Shown here: positions 7,937 to 17,473 of the stretch, piece by piece
Position numbering within the stretch: position 1 is the first letter of the stretch
Layout of the letters: each line of letters starts with the position of its first letter
Assembly (NCBI GenBank): GCA_963664325.2
Contig: CAXXDQ010000002.1
Location: 1 to 64,000, forward strand
Direction of reading: 5' to 3'
DNA length: 64,000 nucleotides
Origin: Desulfomonilia bacterium
Lineage (GTDB): Bacteria; Desulfobacterota; Desulfomonilia; UBA1062
Notes under the pieces: model-generated
What the model was told of the DNA's origin: nothing
Databases searched by the model: none
Seen by the model: only the letters and a program-made list of their open reading frames with translations
Position numbers and translations under genes: made by a program

Positions 7937-9874
7937 TTATTGTTTTTTCATCCTATCGATTTTTTCTGTCATATTCTGCAATCCAAGCTCTGAAAAGATT
8001 GCCCTGCTTTGAGAAAAAAAATGTTCTGCTTTACTATTATCGCCAATTAAAGCATAAGCCTTGCCTATGTTCCCAAGAGCTAAACCCTCACTCCGTTTAT
8101 CCCCGATACGACACACAATTTCTAAACACTTTTCAAAACTTTCAATTGCTTCCTGATAGGCACCAATTTTCATAAGAATAGTACCTCCATTGTTAAATGC
8201 ATTTCCTTCACCACGTTCATCTCCTAGTCTACGGTAAATATTTATGCACTTCATAAAAAATAGTGTTGCTTGAAGATATTGCCTGAGATCGCTATATGTA
8301 AGTCCAAGATTATTTAAGACATTAGCTTCTATTTTCATGTACCCTTCCCGATGTGCTATTTCCAGGCTCTGGTCAAATAATTGGATTGCCTTGCGGGAAT
8401 CGCCTAGACTTCTATGAGTTAATCCAAGATTGTTAATGGCAGTGCACTCACCACGTTTGTCTCCGATGGAAGTTGCTATCTTTAGCGCCTTTTCAAAGTA
8501 TTCAATAGCTTTTGAATTTTCTCCATTTTCTTTATGTATAGTGCCCATATTAATAAAAGCGCCGATCATACCTTCCAAGCTACCAATATGTTGCGAAAAT
8601 TTAAGGCTTTGTTCAACAAGGTCAGTAGCCTCTATATTATTACCTAGTTTGCTGTTAATTAAGCCCATGTTGCCAAAGGCAAAAGTCGTAGCTTTAATAT
8701 CTTTTTCTGTTATAGAATTGAGGAAAAGCATTTCATATTGGTCTAAGGCTGCCTGCCATTCGGAAATGTCATGCAAAAGTCTTCCTAAGATAATATTTTT
8801 GATCGCTTTAGAATTATTTTTTTCAATAAATGAATACCAACTTTGCAATTTTAATTTCCAAGGTAAAGAGTTTACAGCAGGCATATAAAGATATGTTTCA
8901 GTTAATGTTGCATTCCAAAGTTCTTGCACAAAATGATCTGTGTCGATGAATAATCGGGTGCTGCCTTTGAATGATCTAAAAGGATTTTTATCTTTTTGAA
9001 TACAGATGTTTTCTATTTTATAATTACTTGAGTGCTGTACAAAATTTATTTGTATATTTGAATAATTTAGAGATTCAATTTGGGGAGTAATGTCAAATAT
9101 ATCAGAGCAACTATAACCTAACACAATAACCTGTTTATGATCTCCATTTTGAAATATCTGACGTATGATGTTTAAACCTTTTTCAGAATGTTTTTTTTGG
9201 GCAATCTGTTTCAAAGTTATGGCTATTGCTGTTTTGTCATGAATACTCCCATGAATTTTAATCAAACGGATGCAGTCGTGTAACCAGTCAATATTTTCAA
9301 AATTTTCATCATTGTAGAGTACAAAATAATCTTTATTTACATAAAGATTTTGTTGTTCCAGTGCTTTTTCAATAAGTTGATCGAAATTGGTTGTTACAAC
9401 TGTTTTAATTTTACCAGCAGCTAGGAGCTTGGCTATTACAATATGATTAATGTTTGGTTTAATGGGCTGCTCATATTTTTCAGCATCATAAATATCTAGA
9501 ATCTCATCAATATTGCAATTGTCACGAAGAGCTTCAATAAAGGCTTCGAAGGGAAGTTTGTTCAGAATTTTATTTATGATATCTGATGATGTGCTAAACT
9601 TTTCAGCGATAATCTGTGTTAGTTGTTTTATACGTTCATTATTATCTGGAATATTTTCTAATAATTTCTCAGTAGTATTGATCTCTTCTTTTGTTGAACA
9701 TAGAGTTAAAAGTACATACGGAACAAACTCATTTACAATAGGAATACCGGAATTCAAGGAAATACCAGCCCCACAAAAGATGATCGTCTGTCCATCTTTA
9801 TTTAGAGTATTAGCAATCTCATTGATAAAATTAGACATTTCTGATGGAATCGGAGGGTAATTATTGGACAGCAT
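7937..9874 (-). CDS. SIR2-like (SIR2_2) domain protein with C-terminal TPR repeats
   Basis: IFCGAGISLNSGIP, VVTTNFDQLIE, LIKIHGS, VLGYS; TPR repeats of the type NNLGLxxxxLGxxxxAIxxFxxxLEI. Confidence 0.9.
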   Translation of the reverse strand: MLSNNYPPIPSEMSNFINEIANTLNKDGQTIIFCGAGISLNSGIPIVNEFVPYVLLTLCSTKEEINTTEKLLENIPDNNERIKQLTQIIAEKFSTSSDIINKILNKLPFEAFIEALRDNCNIDEILDIYDAEKYEQPIKPNINHIVIAKLLAAGKIKTVVTTNFDQLIEKALEQQNLYVNKDYFVLYNDENFENIDWLHDCIRLIKIHGSIHDKTAIAITLKQIAQKKHSEKGLNIIRQIFQNGDHKQVIVLGYSCSDIFDITPQIESLNYSNIQINFVQHSSNYKIENICIQKDKNPFRSFKGSTRLFIDTDHFVQELWNATLTETYLYMPAVNSLPWKLKLQSWYSFIEKNNSKAIKNIILGRLLHDISEWQAALDQYEMLFLNSITEKDIKATTFAFGNMGLINSKLGNNIEATDLVEQSLKFSQHIGSLEGMIGAFINMGTIHKENGENSKAIEYFEKALKIATSIGDKRGECTAINNLGLTHRSLGDSRKAIQLFDQSLEIAHREGYMKIEANVLNNLGLTYSDLRQYLQATLFFMKCINIYRRLGDERGEGNAFNNGGTILMKIGAYQEAIESFEKCLEIVCRIGDKRSEGLALGNIGKAYALIGDNSKAEHFFSQSRAIFSELGLQNMTEKIDRMKKQ

Positions 9875-10315
9875 AGATCCTCCTCAAAAACAATTATATG
9901 TAATTTAGAGCATACCATATTAACATAAACAAGTTAATATTATGTCTGATGTTAAAATATATTACCAATATTCCTAGAAGTTGTCTTGCGAAACGTTTAT
10001 TGTCAAAAAGGAGAACTTAATATAACTTCATGATCATTGCTGTCCAAAATAAACCAGATCATCGATTTGGGACAAGAAAAACCTGAATTTGTGATCTAGA
10101 AATTTAATTTTTTCAAAATGAGGTTGTCCACACCGATTATTTTCACTCATGCTGTCCAATATACTGGTTAAGCAAAGATTGCTGAATTGGGAAGAGTTCC
10201 GGTGGGGGAGATTCAAACGGATCATTGATCCACTTTTGTCTATATGATTATATTTAATATCATGATATATATTAAAATATTTATTGTTATTTGTAGATGT
10301 AAAAAGGAGTCTACA

Positions 10316-10993
10316 ATGAAAAAAAATCACATGCTCATCAATCAAGATTGCTGTATATGTGATGAAATTGAGTCGGGAAAGTTTCCTTCACCTTATACTG
10401 AAAAGTATGAAGCTGAAAACAGATGTTGTGCTGAAACATCTGATTTTATAGTCTTCCCATCTATTTCTCCTCTAGCAGTAGGACACATATTAATTTTTCC
10501 TAAATATCATATAACTTCATTATCCAAACTAAGCTATAAAGCTTTAATGAACCTTGAAATGCTTATTCATCACTTGTCGGATTATATCATTGATGATTTT
10601 AATACTTCTTATATTTTTGAGCATGGCGTCTCTTCAGATGGATTAGGTGGTTGTGGAATCACACATGCACACCTGCATGTTATCCCATTAACTATTAATA
10701 ATATTAACAAGATTAATGTCCAAGTTATTAATACTTATCCAAATACAATAAAAGGGAATCTTGTAGACCTTATGTGTAGAGCAAGAAAAACTAAAATGTA
10801 CATTCTTTTTGGAAATAATTTGAATGAACTTTATTTATCTTGTTCAAGTGAAATTCCATCTCAATTTATGAGGCGCATAATTGCCAATACAATGGGATAT
10901 GTAAAATGGGATTGGCGAGAAAGCACAGGGAAAGAATATTTTGTATCGACTCTTGGCAAATTTTCAACATCAAAATTGTTCCTTAATCTTTAA
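10316..10993 (+). CDS. HIT-family nucleotide hydrolase/transferase
   Basis: CCIC, PLAVGHILIFPKYH, FEHG and histidine triad HAHLHVIP; ATG 10316 after AAGGAG. Confidence 0.85.
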   Translation: MKKNHMLINQDCCICDEIESGKFPSPYTEKYEAENRCCAETSDFIVFPSISPLAVGHILIFPKYHITSLSKLSYKALMNLEMLIHHLSDYIIDDFNTSYIFEHGVSSDGLGGCGITHAHLHVIPLTINNINKINVQVINTYPNTIKGNLVDLMCRARKTKMYILFGNNLNELYLSCSSEIPSQFMRRIIANTMGYVKWDWRESTGKEYFVSTLGKFSTSKLFLNL

Positions 10994-11000
10994 AGAGTAT

Positions 11001-12131
11001 ATGTTAAATCCAAAGATCACAATATATTCAGACTTTCTCAATAAATACGACAAACAATTGTTAATCAAAATATGCAAGAAGAGAGAAGCAAATAATATTC
11101 ACATATCACAATTTAAACGATTTGGATTTTCTGGAGCAAAGCTTCTTCTTGCTTACTTTAATAAATATGCTAGTGGACTACCTTTTTTAGTAAAAGTAGC
11201 TCAAAAGAATGATATCCAAAGTGAATATCAGGCTATAAATAGCATGAAAAACCACGTTAGGGATTGTAGTTTATTAGCATCAGATAAATGCTTCTCTTCT
11301 GGTGATTGGGGTATGCTTATTTATCATCATGCTGGTACAAATACATGTTCAAATGCGCAGACACCTAAATCTCTCAGAGAAGTCCTATATTGCAAAGATA
11401 CAGATTTTTCAAAAGAAGATCTTACTAAAACGCTTAAGGAGGTATACGATCGTCTAAAAAATGCACATTCTTGCAATAAATGTTTATTAATTTCACCAGA
11501 GGATCATTATAAGCGATATTTTCGAGAGCATAAATCAAGAGATAAGGTGATTAATATATTAGGGAAAGATAACAAATTAGATTCATTCAAATTTTTAAAT
11601 GAAGAAATCTATAATCCACTCACCTTATTAAAGAAATTACCCAAAAAATTAAGAATTCCAGTAGGTCTGGTTCATGGTGATCTTCACCCTGATAATATTA
11701 TCATTGGTAATATGAACAATCCTTATTTGATTGATTTTGCCTGGGCAGAAAAAAAAAGAGATGTTCTTGTTGACTACGTATTAATAGAGAATTCCATCCG
11801 CTTTAAGGATTTTCCAAGAGGAATAAACTTAGAAGAACAAAGACAAGTTGATCAATTTTTACTAGATGAAGACGGATGGAAAAATATTGATAAGTGTAAT
11901 TTTGCTACAGATGAGCTTTTAAGAATAAATACCCGATTAGCATCGATGATAGGCACAATAAGGGAAAGTGCTAAAAGTATTCTGGGTGAATATTTCTTTT
12001 TTGAAAAATATCTTTTTACTCAATTTATTGTACTTTATGGCCTTTTAAGGTTTGATGAATATGAGCAATATTCTGCTACCCGTGCATTGGGAATGATTTC
12101 TAAGAGGGTAAAGGAATCTGGACTTATTTGA
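11001..12131 (+). CDS. Aminoglycoside-phosphotransferase/protein-kinase-like fold kinase (TCAD9-like)
   Basis: GFSGAKL loop, FLVKV lysine, HGDLHPDNI catalytic loop, LIDFA; starts 7 nt after the HIT stop. Confidence 0.85.
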   Translation: MLNPKITIYSDFLNKYDKQLLIKICKKREANNIHISQFKRFGFSGAKLLLAYFNKYASGLPFLVKVAQKNDIQSEYQAINSMKNHVRDCSLLASDKCFSSGDWGMLIYHHAGTNTCSNAQTPKSLREVLYCKDTDFSKEDLTKTLKEVYDRLKNAHSCNKCLLISPEDHYKRYFREHKSRDKVINILGKDNKLDSFKFLNEEIYNPLTLLKKLPKKLRIPVGLVHGDLHPDNIIIGNMNNPYLIDFAWAEKKRDVLVDYVLIENSIRFKDFPRGINLEEQRQVDQFLLDEDGWKNIDKCNFATDELLRINTRLASMIGTIRESAKSILGEYFFFEKYLFTQFIVLYGLLRFDEYEQYSATRALGMISKRVKESGLI

Positions 12132-12162
12132 TTTCTTGAATAGATTATCATAGGATAACATC

Positions 12163-13035
12163 ATGGTTTCTTTAGCTACTCTTATTGTAACTACTTCATC
12201 AGAAATATGGTATGATGATAAGGTAGATGTTGATTTCCTTCGTACAAAAGGTTTGTATAAAACCTTATCACTTGCCCTTGCAGCCCAAAACTCGATAAAA
12301 ATCCCACCGACCCTTTTGATGATCGATCAAAATGATAACGTATTACTTGAGTTAGCCAAAAATTGGCACCTTCCTCTAATGATAAGACTAGATTATTCAT
12401 CATATCCGAATCCCAAACCACTTGGGGGTATACCATTAAATTCTCTAAAATCTTTATCAAAAATAACTAATAATTTATTTATTAATAACTGTTTTCCGCT
12501 ATTGCACCCCAATATTAATCGGTTTGAAAATATATATAGTGCAAATGTTATGCTTAATTCATCTGAATATAATGCCTGTTTTGAAATAGTTGGAAAGAGT
12601 TTTGATGCAAGTGACTTACGTCATGGTGTTGGGACACTTCATGAATATTTCATTTATAATTTAATAGAAAATAAAATCAATGAACGGTATATTATTGAGG
12701 ATAAAAGATATGATTTGGAGAGGGTAAATCGCGCTCAACGCATAGCGAGATTAAAACAATATATTAAATTAGCAAATAAAAACGGCTACCTATCCTCATC
12801 CCTTGCAGAATATGATGTCAGTGATGAGCAAATTTATAAAGAAATTAAGACAATTCCAATACAATATATTCCTTTGAATAAATCTAAAATTAAGCATCTT
12901 GTGCAATTAGCATGGAATATACGTAATATAATCCCAATATTACCAACTACAAAAAATTATATTGGCTCAGTTTCATTAGTGCCTAATGTGGGTTGGATAC
13001 TTTGGGATATTTATGGAGAATGGTATAAACGTTAA
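12163..13035 (+). CDS. Hypothetical protein, probable divergent ATP-grasp (PPDK-N-like) fold
   Basis: GLYKTLSL..IKIPPTLLM, PLMIRLD, FEIVGKSFDASDLRHG and GWILWDI are spaced like PPDK/PEP-synthase nucleotide-binding motifs; recognised by eye only. Confidence 0.5.
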   Translation: MVSLATLIVTTSSEIWYDDKVDVDFLRTKGLYKTLSLALAAQNSIKIPPTLLMIDQNDNVLLELAKNWHLPLMIRLDYSSYPNPKPLGGIPLNSLKSLSKITNNLFINNCFPLLHPNINRFENIYSANVMLNSSEYNACFEIVGKSFDASDLRHGVGTLHEYFIYNLIENKINERYIIEDKRYDLERVNRAQRIARLKQYIKLANKNGYLSSSLAEYDVSDEQIYKEIKTIPIQYIPLNKSKIKHLVQLAWNIRNIIPILPTTKNYIGSVSLVPNVGWILWDIYGEWYKR

Positions 13036-13192
13036 TTACACTTCATATTGCGAAAAAATTACTTTTCTCAACTAAGTGCCCTCACTAATACCTTTATTAT
13101 TATAGTATTGAATCATTATATATTTAGTAGTAAATTTCAATTCTAGTTGTTGTGATGCATAAGGCAATGAACTTAAAAAGGAGGGGGTATTT

Positions 13193-14825
13193 GTGGAGTA
13201 CAAGAGGTTCCGTATACCAAATCGTGACGTTAAATTAACAGAATTTGAGGCTTCTATTACTAGGACACATAGTTTTCAACGTCTGTTCTATTTAAAACAA
13301 TTAGGTTTAGTTCACTATGTATATCCTTGTGCTACTCATACACGAGCTGGTCATAGTATTGAATGCTTGGATGAAGCCAATAACATTTTAGAATCCATAG
13401 GAGTTAGTTATAAAGATGAGTGTTGGACCGAAGTAAGAATGGCAGCTTTATTACATGATATTGGTCATATCCCTTTTAGTCATACACTTGAGGATGAAAA
13501 TGTGGTCTTTGATAGGCACGATAAAGCAGATAGGATCTTAAAAGTTCTTAATAAACTAAAATCAGAAGTTGTACCGGAAACCAAGAGATATAATTCAAAA
13601 AGCAGAACCAATAATTTTATCCATATCCTCAAATAAAGAAGAAGACCGAGATTGGCGTAGTGATCTAGTTGGTAACACTGTCTGTGCAGACCTTCTCGCC
13701 TATATAAAGACGGATGCTGCTTGGACAGGTATTGAAAAACGACCAGGATATTATCGAATATATGATTACTTTAAGAAATCTGAAAAATTAATGTCTAATG
13801 GAGTTAAAAAAACAAGGCTTAGTATTCTCCTCACTAAGGGGGGTCTCCGTTCTGATATTGTTTCTGCCATCCTAGATCTTCTTGATATGAGGTATGCTCT
13901 AACTGAGCGGGTTATATTTCATCATGCAAAAGCCATTGCAAGTGCAATGCTAGCTCGTGTAGCACGCTTGGTTGAGTTAAACAATGATAACGAAATTTTA
14001 GATATGGGTGATGAGGGTTTCTTTGATTATTTAAAAAAACGAGCAGATGAGCATACTAACGTAGTTAATGGAAAAGCTGCTAAAATGATTATGGAACATC
14101 TTTCATCTAGAAATCTTTACAAGCGGATTTTTAAGGTGCAAAGAGCTGATATGGACACATGGGATAGGAGTAAAGGCAAAAATGATCATGACAAATTCTG
14201 TTCTAGATGGAGAAATGGTCAAAACGTTGAAAACTTATTATCTAAAGTAGAAGACAGGTTTGATCTCCCTAGAGGTTCTCTTGTTTTATGGTGTCCCGAT
14301 ATAGAATCGGGTATGAAATTAGTAAAAGTTAACGTTGTTTGGGATCAATCGGGAGGTGAGTTACATCAACCTGTAGAACTTAGAAGTGAAGATGTAAAGA
14401 AACAATTTCCTAGAGTACATGAGAGAGTACAAGCAATAGAAAATCAATACTTTGACCTTTGGACCTTCTGGATTGGAATACATCCTGAATATATCAAGAA
14501 TGCTCCCGGAGTAGTAGCAGCCTTATCTTCTGAATTAGAAATAGAATGTGACCCTGTATTCTTAGAAACTTATGCTAAGAAACGGTTACCAGGATTTGCT
14601 GAGTCCGCTGATATTCAAAATATAATTGATGGGACTTGGCAAAAAGAAATAATGCCAGAAACAACAAGTATGGTATTGAAGATGGCAGCACGCCAAGGAT
14701 CTCAAGTAAATAAATCAGTAATAACTGAAGCTATACATGCTGTATCCAACAAGAAGAAATCTGGTAAAAAAGTTGATCGGTCTAAAAATAATAAGCAAAC
14801 TGATTTATTTAATGAGCAGGAGTAA
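13193..14825 (+). CDS. HD-domain phosphohydrolase of the SAMHD1/dNTP triphosphohydrolase type, split by a +1 frameshift near 13583
   Basis: FQRLFYLKQLG..YPCATHTRAGHS, AALLHDIGHIPFSH in 13193-13636; CADLLAYIKTD and RVIFHH in 13569-14825; deleting one A from ACCAAGAGAT joins the frames. Confidence 0.85.
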
Positions 14826-14843
14826 ATAAGGCACATTCTAAAA

Positions 14844-15602
14844 ATGGAAGAAGAACGTGAAAAATTAATTTATAACTTACTCAATTCAAAGGGAGAATCT
14901 TACAAACAAGCAATAGAAGAAGCTTCTAAGTTTCTATTACTTAACTATTTTGAAAAATGGCGAGAATTTATCCCTATAGAGCTTAACAGACTTGCTTATA
15001 CATTAGGTGCCAAGATTATACCCAAAAATGACATCAACGGTGAAGCTATATTACTACCATATCGCGATGGATTTCTTATCCTTGTAAAAACTAACCAACA
15101 CATAGGGCGTTACAGGATGTCTATCGCACATGAATTAGGGCATACACTTTTCTTTACGAGTCAAAATAATAAACAGGAGAGGATTATTCCTTATAGTCAA
15201 CAAGAAGAATTTATTTGTTTTGATTTAGCACGTCATCTCCTTGCCCCAAAGTATCACCTTGAAACATTAGGTTTTTTTGATGAAGTTGATCCTAAATTGA
15301 TGTTCTTAAAATTGACAGGTATTCTTTTTTTAAGCAGACCTATTGCTGCACGTGTTATGTTAGCTGATCATATGCTAGTTAAGGGAATTGGAGGACGATG
15401 GTGCCAAACTGAAAATGAGTGGAAACTAGTAAAAGGATATTCTGCTGCAACTCCCACACTTTCAGAATATGAAAGAAAAAAATTAAGAAGTATAGCAAGG
15501 GATTTCCTTAAACACCCTAATCTAAAAAAGTCAGACTACAATATAATATTTTTTCCGGAAATATCAGATAATGGTATATTTGTAATAATCACTGAAAAAT
15601 GA
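14844..15602 (+). CDS. ImmA/IrrE-family metallopeptidase
   Basis: GRYRMSIAHELGH (HExxH), EEFICFDLARHLLAP; no N-terminal HTH. Confidence 0.85.
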   Translation: MEEEREKLIYNLLNSKGESYKQAIEEASKFLLLNYFEKWREFIPIELNRLAYTLGAKIIPKNDINGEAILLPYRDGFLILVKTNQHIGRYRMSIAHELGHTLFFTSQNNKQERIIPYSQQEEFICFDLARHLLAPKYHLETLGFFDEVDPKLMFLKLTGILFLSRPIAARVMLADHMLVKGIGGRWCQTENEWKLVKGYSAATPTLSEYERKKLRSIARDFLKHPNLKKSDYNIIFFPEISDNGIFVIITEK

Positions 15603-15625
15603 ATTAAGTTCATTTAATCCCGTTA

Positions 15626-15826
15626 ATGGTAAGACATAATCAAAGACAAGCATATTATTTTGTAAAAGATATTTCCGAAATGTCAGGAGTTGGTAGTGCT
15701 GTCAGAACCGGTAAAATTCTATGGGAGCTGGAATCCTGCGGAGTAATAACTAGGCACGGCAAATGGGTATCAATCTGCCTTGCTCACTCATGGAACATTC
15801 CTCAAGAAATGAAAGAGTGTGGATAG
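15626..15826 (+). CDS. Small hypothetical ORF or gene remnant
   Basis: 66 aa directly after the peptidase; weak winged-helix-like pattern GKILWELESCGVITR. Confidence 0.3.
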   Translation: MVRHNQRQAYYFVKDISEMSGVGSAVRTGKILWELESCGVITRHGKWVSICLAHSWNIPQEMKECG

Positions 15827-15947
15827 ATAAGAATCCTTATCCTGTACGGTGATAAGGAGGCTTTAATGATAATACTAAAAAGCCATTTACACAAAAATTC
15901 TGATACCCTCTTATTCACATTTGAATTGGATCTGTTATTTATAATAA

Positions 15948-16598
15948 TCATTTCAAGAAAATTGTAATTAAGATTTGATAAATATCAGTTGCAAGGCCGT
16001 ACAATAATAAAAGTAAACCAGTAAATAAAAAAAATGAAACAACTAATCTAATACCAACAGTTGAAATGTTTTCTGACTTCCAAATAATACGCATTAAATC
16101 TTTAGGATCACCATGTTCAGATAAATCAGGCCAACCTTTTATCTCATCGAAGTAATTTTTACTAAAATATTTTTTATTTAATCCACCAATAATTGTTTCC
16201 ACATAATTATCCGAATACAAGGTTGGAAGATTAATGCCTATTATTATTCCAGCTTTTCTTATTTTTTCAACAAAATCAATTCCAACCAAAGTGCTACATA
16301 GGCCAATATTATACTCTTCCCATGTAGCATATCTTTTTATAATTTCAGGGCAAAAAATGTTTGTTAATATATGTGTTATTAACAATGAAATACCAGCCAA
16401 GATAATAATTGAACTATTATGAATAACTTTGTCTACAATTAATGATCCTGGTGCAATACGATATAGTATTCGAACCAATGAAAGATAAAGTATTAATGGA
16501 ATCACGATAGTTGACCTTGATATATCCCAAATAGACCGCCACTTTAATATGTGCGTCTTAAGCCAGATAATTATCTCACCCCATTTTTTATAGCACAT
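15948..16598 (-). CDS. Hypothetical membrane protein (about 3 TM)
   Basis: Hydrophobic stretches near both ends; GGGAGG RBS; AT-rich. Confidence 0.7.
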   Translation of the reverse strand: MCYKKWGEIIIWLKTHILKWRSIWDISRSTIVIPLILYLSLVRILYRIAPGSLIVDKVIHNSSIIILAGISLLITHILTNIFCPEIIKRYATWEEYNIGLCSTLVGIDFVEKIRKAGIIIGINLPTLYSDNYVETIIGGLNKKYFSKNYFDEIKGWPDLSEHGDPKDLMRIIWKSENISTVGIRLVVSFFLFTGLLLLLYGLATDIYQILITIFLK

Positions 16599-16659
16599 TA
16601 TTTCCTCCCTCTATGATGTATTGTTGATAATTGCATAATCTGAAAGCTTCTTTTATGTC

Positions 16660-17412
16660 TTATGACTCAACCGGGACTGGTTCATGTTCGCCCCAGACGC
16701 GGGCGAGGGTAGTTTGGATCTTCTTCTCGAAGCGGGCGATCAGTTCGCGGTTGGCGGCGACTAGCGCCTGCTCGGCTTCGATCTCGGCGACGATGTCTTG
16801 CTGCGTGGTTAGAGGGCGGATGGGAATTGGATAGTCCCTAAAGAACCCATTGTAGAAGCTCTGCACAGTCACCCCAGGTTTAATGCCCTTTTCAATAATC
16901 GAAGACGACCTCGTCTTAAGCACATAGAACAAAAACTTAGAGATGACCGCATCTGTTCTTGGCCTAAATGCGACAAGGTCTTGGTTGATGCACATATCTC
17001 TGCTGAGTAAAGCCACCGGGAATGTGTGCTTGAGGATGCCGGACCTGACTACGCAGATAACAGACCCAGCGGGGATAAGTTTTGTCGCACTCGCTTCAAC
17101 GGCAGCGACTGGCGGACTATTCCCATAGATATTCCAGGTCACTGTGTCCGTACCGCATATATGTTTTGCTTTGACAGTGAGGATGTGATTCCCTGCCTCC
17201 GCAGTGTAAACATATGATTTATCGGCGTTCGCAATGGGAACCCCATCTAAGGTCCAGGCATAGGCCGCATTGGAAGGAAACACCTTCACACTGAAGGTCT
17301 TCTGCACACCCAATTTTATTGTGACATTATTGGTATTTGGTGTTTTGGATAATATGCAACCGCTCAGAAAAACTGTAAATATGCAGATGATAAGGATAAC
17401 AGACCTTCTCAT
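16660..17412 (-). pseudogene. Chimeric ORF: lipoprotein N-terminus fused in frame to the C-terminal part of a restriction-modification specificity (HsdS-type) domain
   Basis: First ~100 aa are paralogous to the N-terminus of 17474-20059 up to NSPPVA; the rest (ATKLIPAGSVICVVRSGILKHTFPVA..INQD..IPIRPLTTQQDIVAEIE) is HsdS TRD plus coiled coil. Confidence 0.8.
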
Positions 17413-17473
17413 AATAAACTCCTTCACGGGGATGAAGAAAAAGACATCCCCATTGATTGAATTTTATCTTAAC

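Noticed and set aside
10034-10345. 103-aa minus-strand ORF as the island regulator or IrrE target
   Set aside because: It overlaps the HIT start, and I see no HTH or convincing RBS; probably part of the divergent promoter region.
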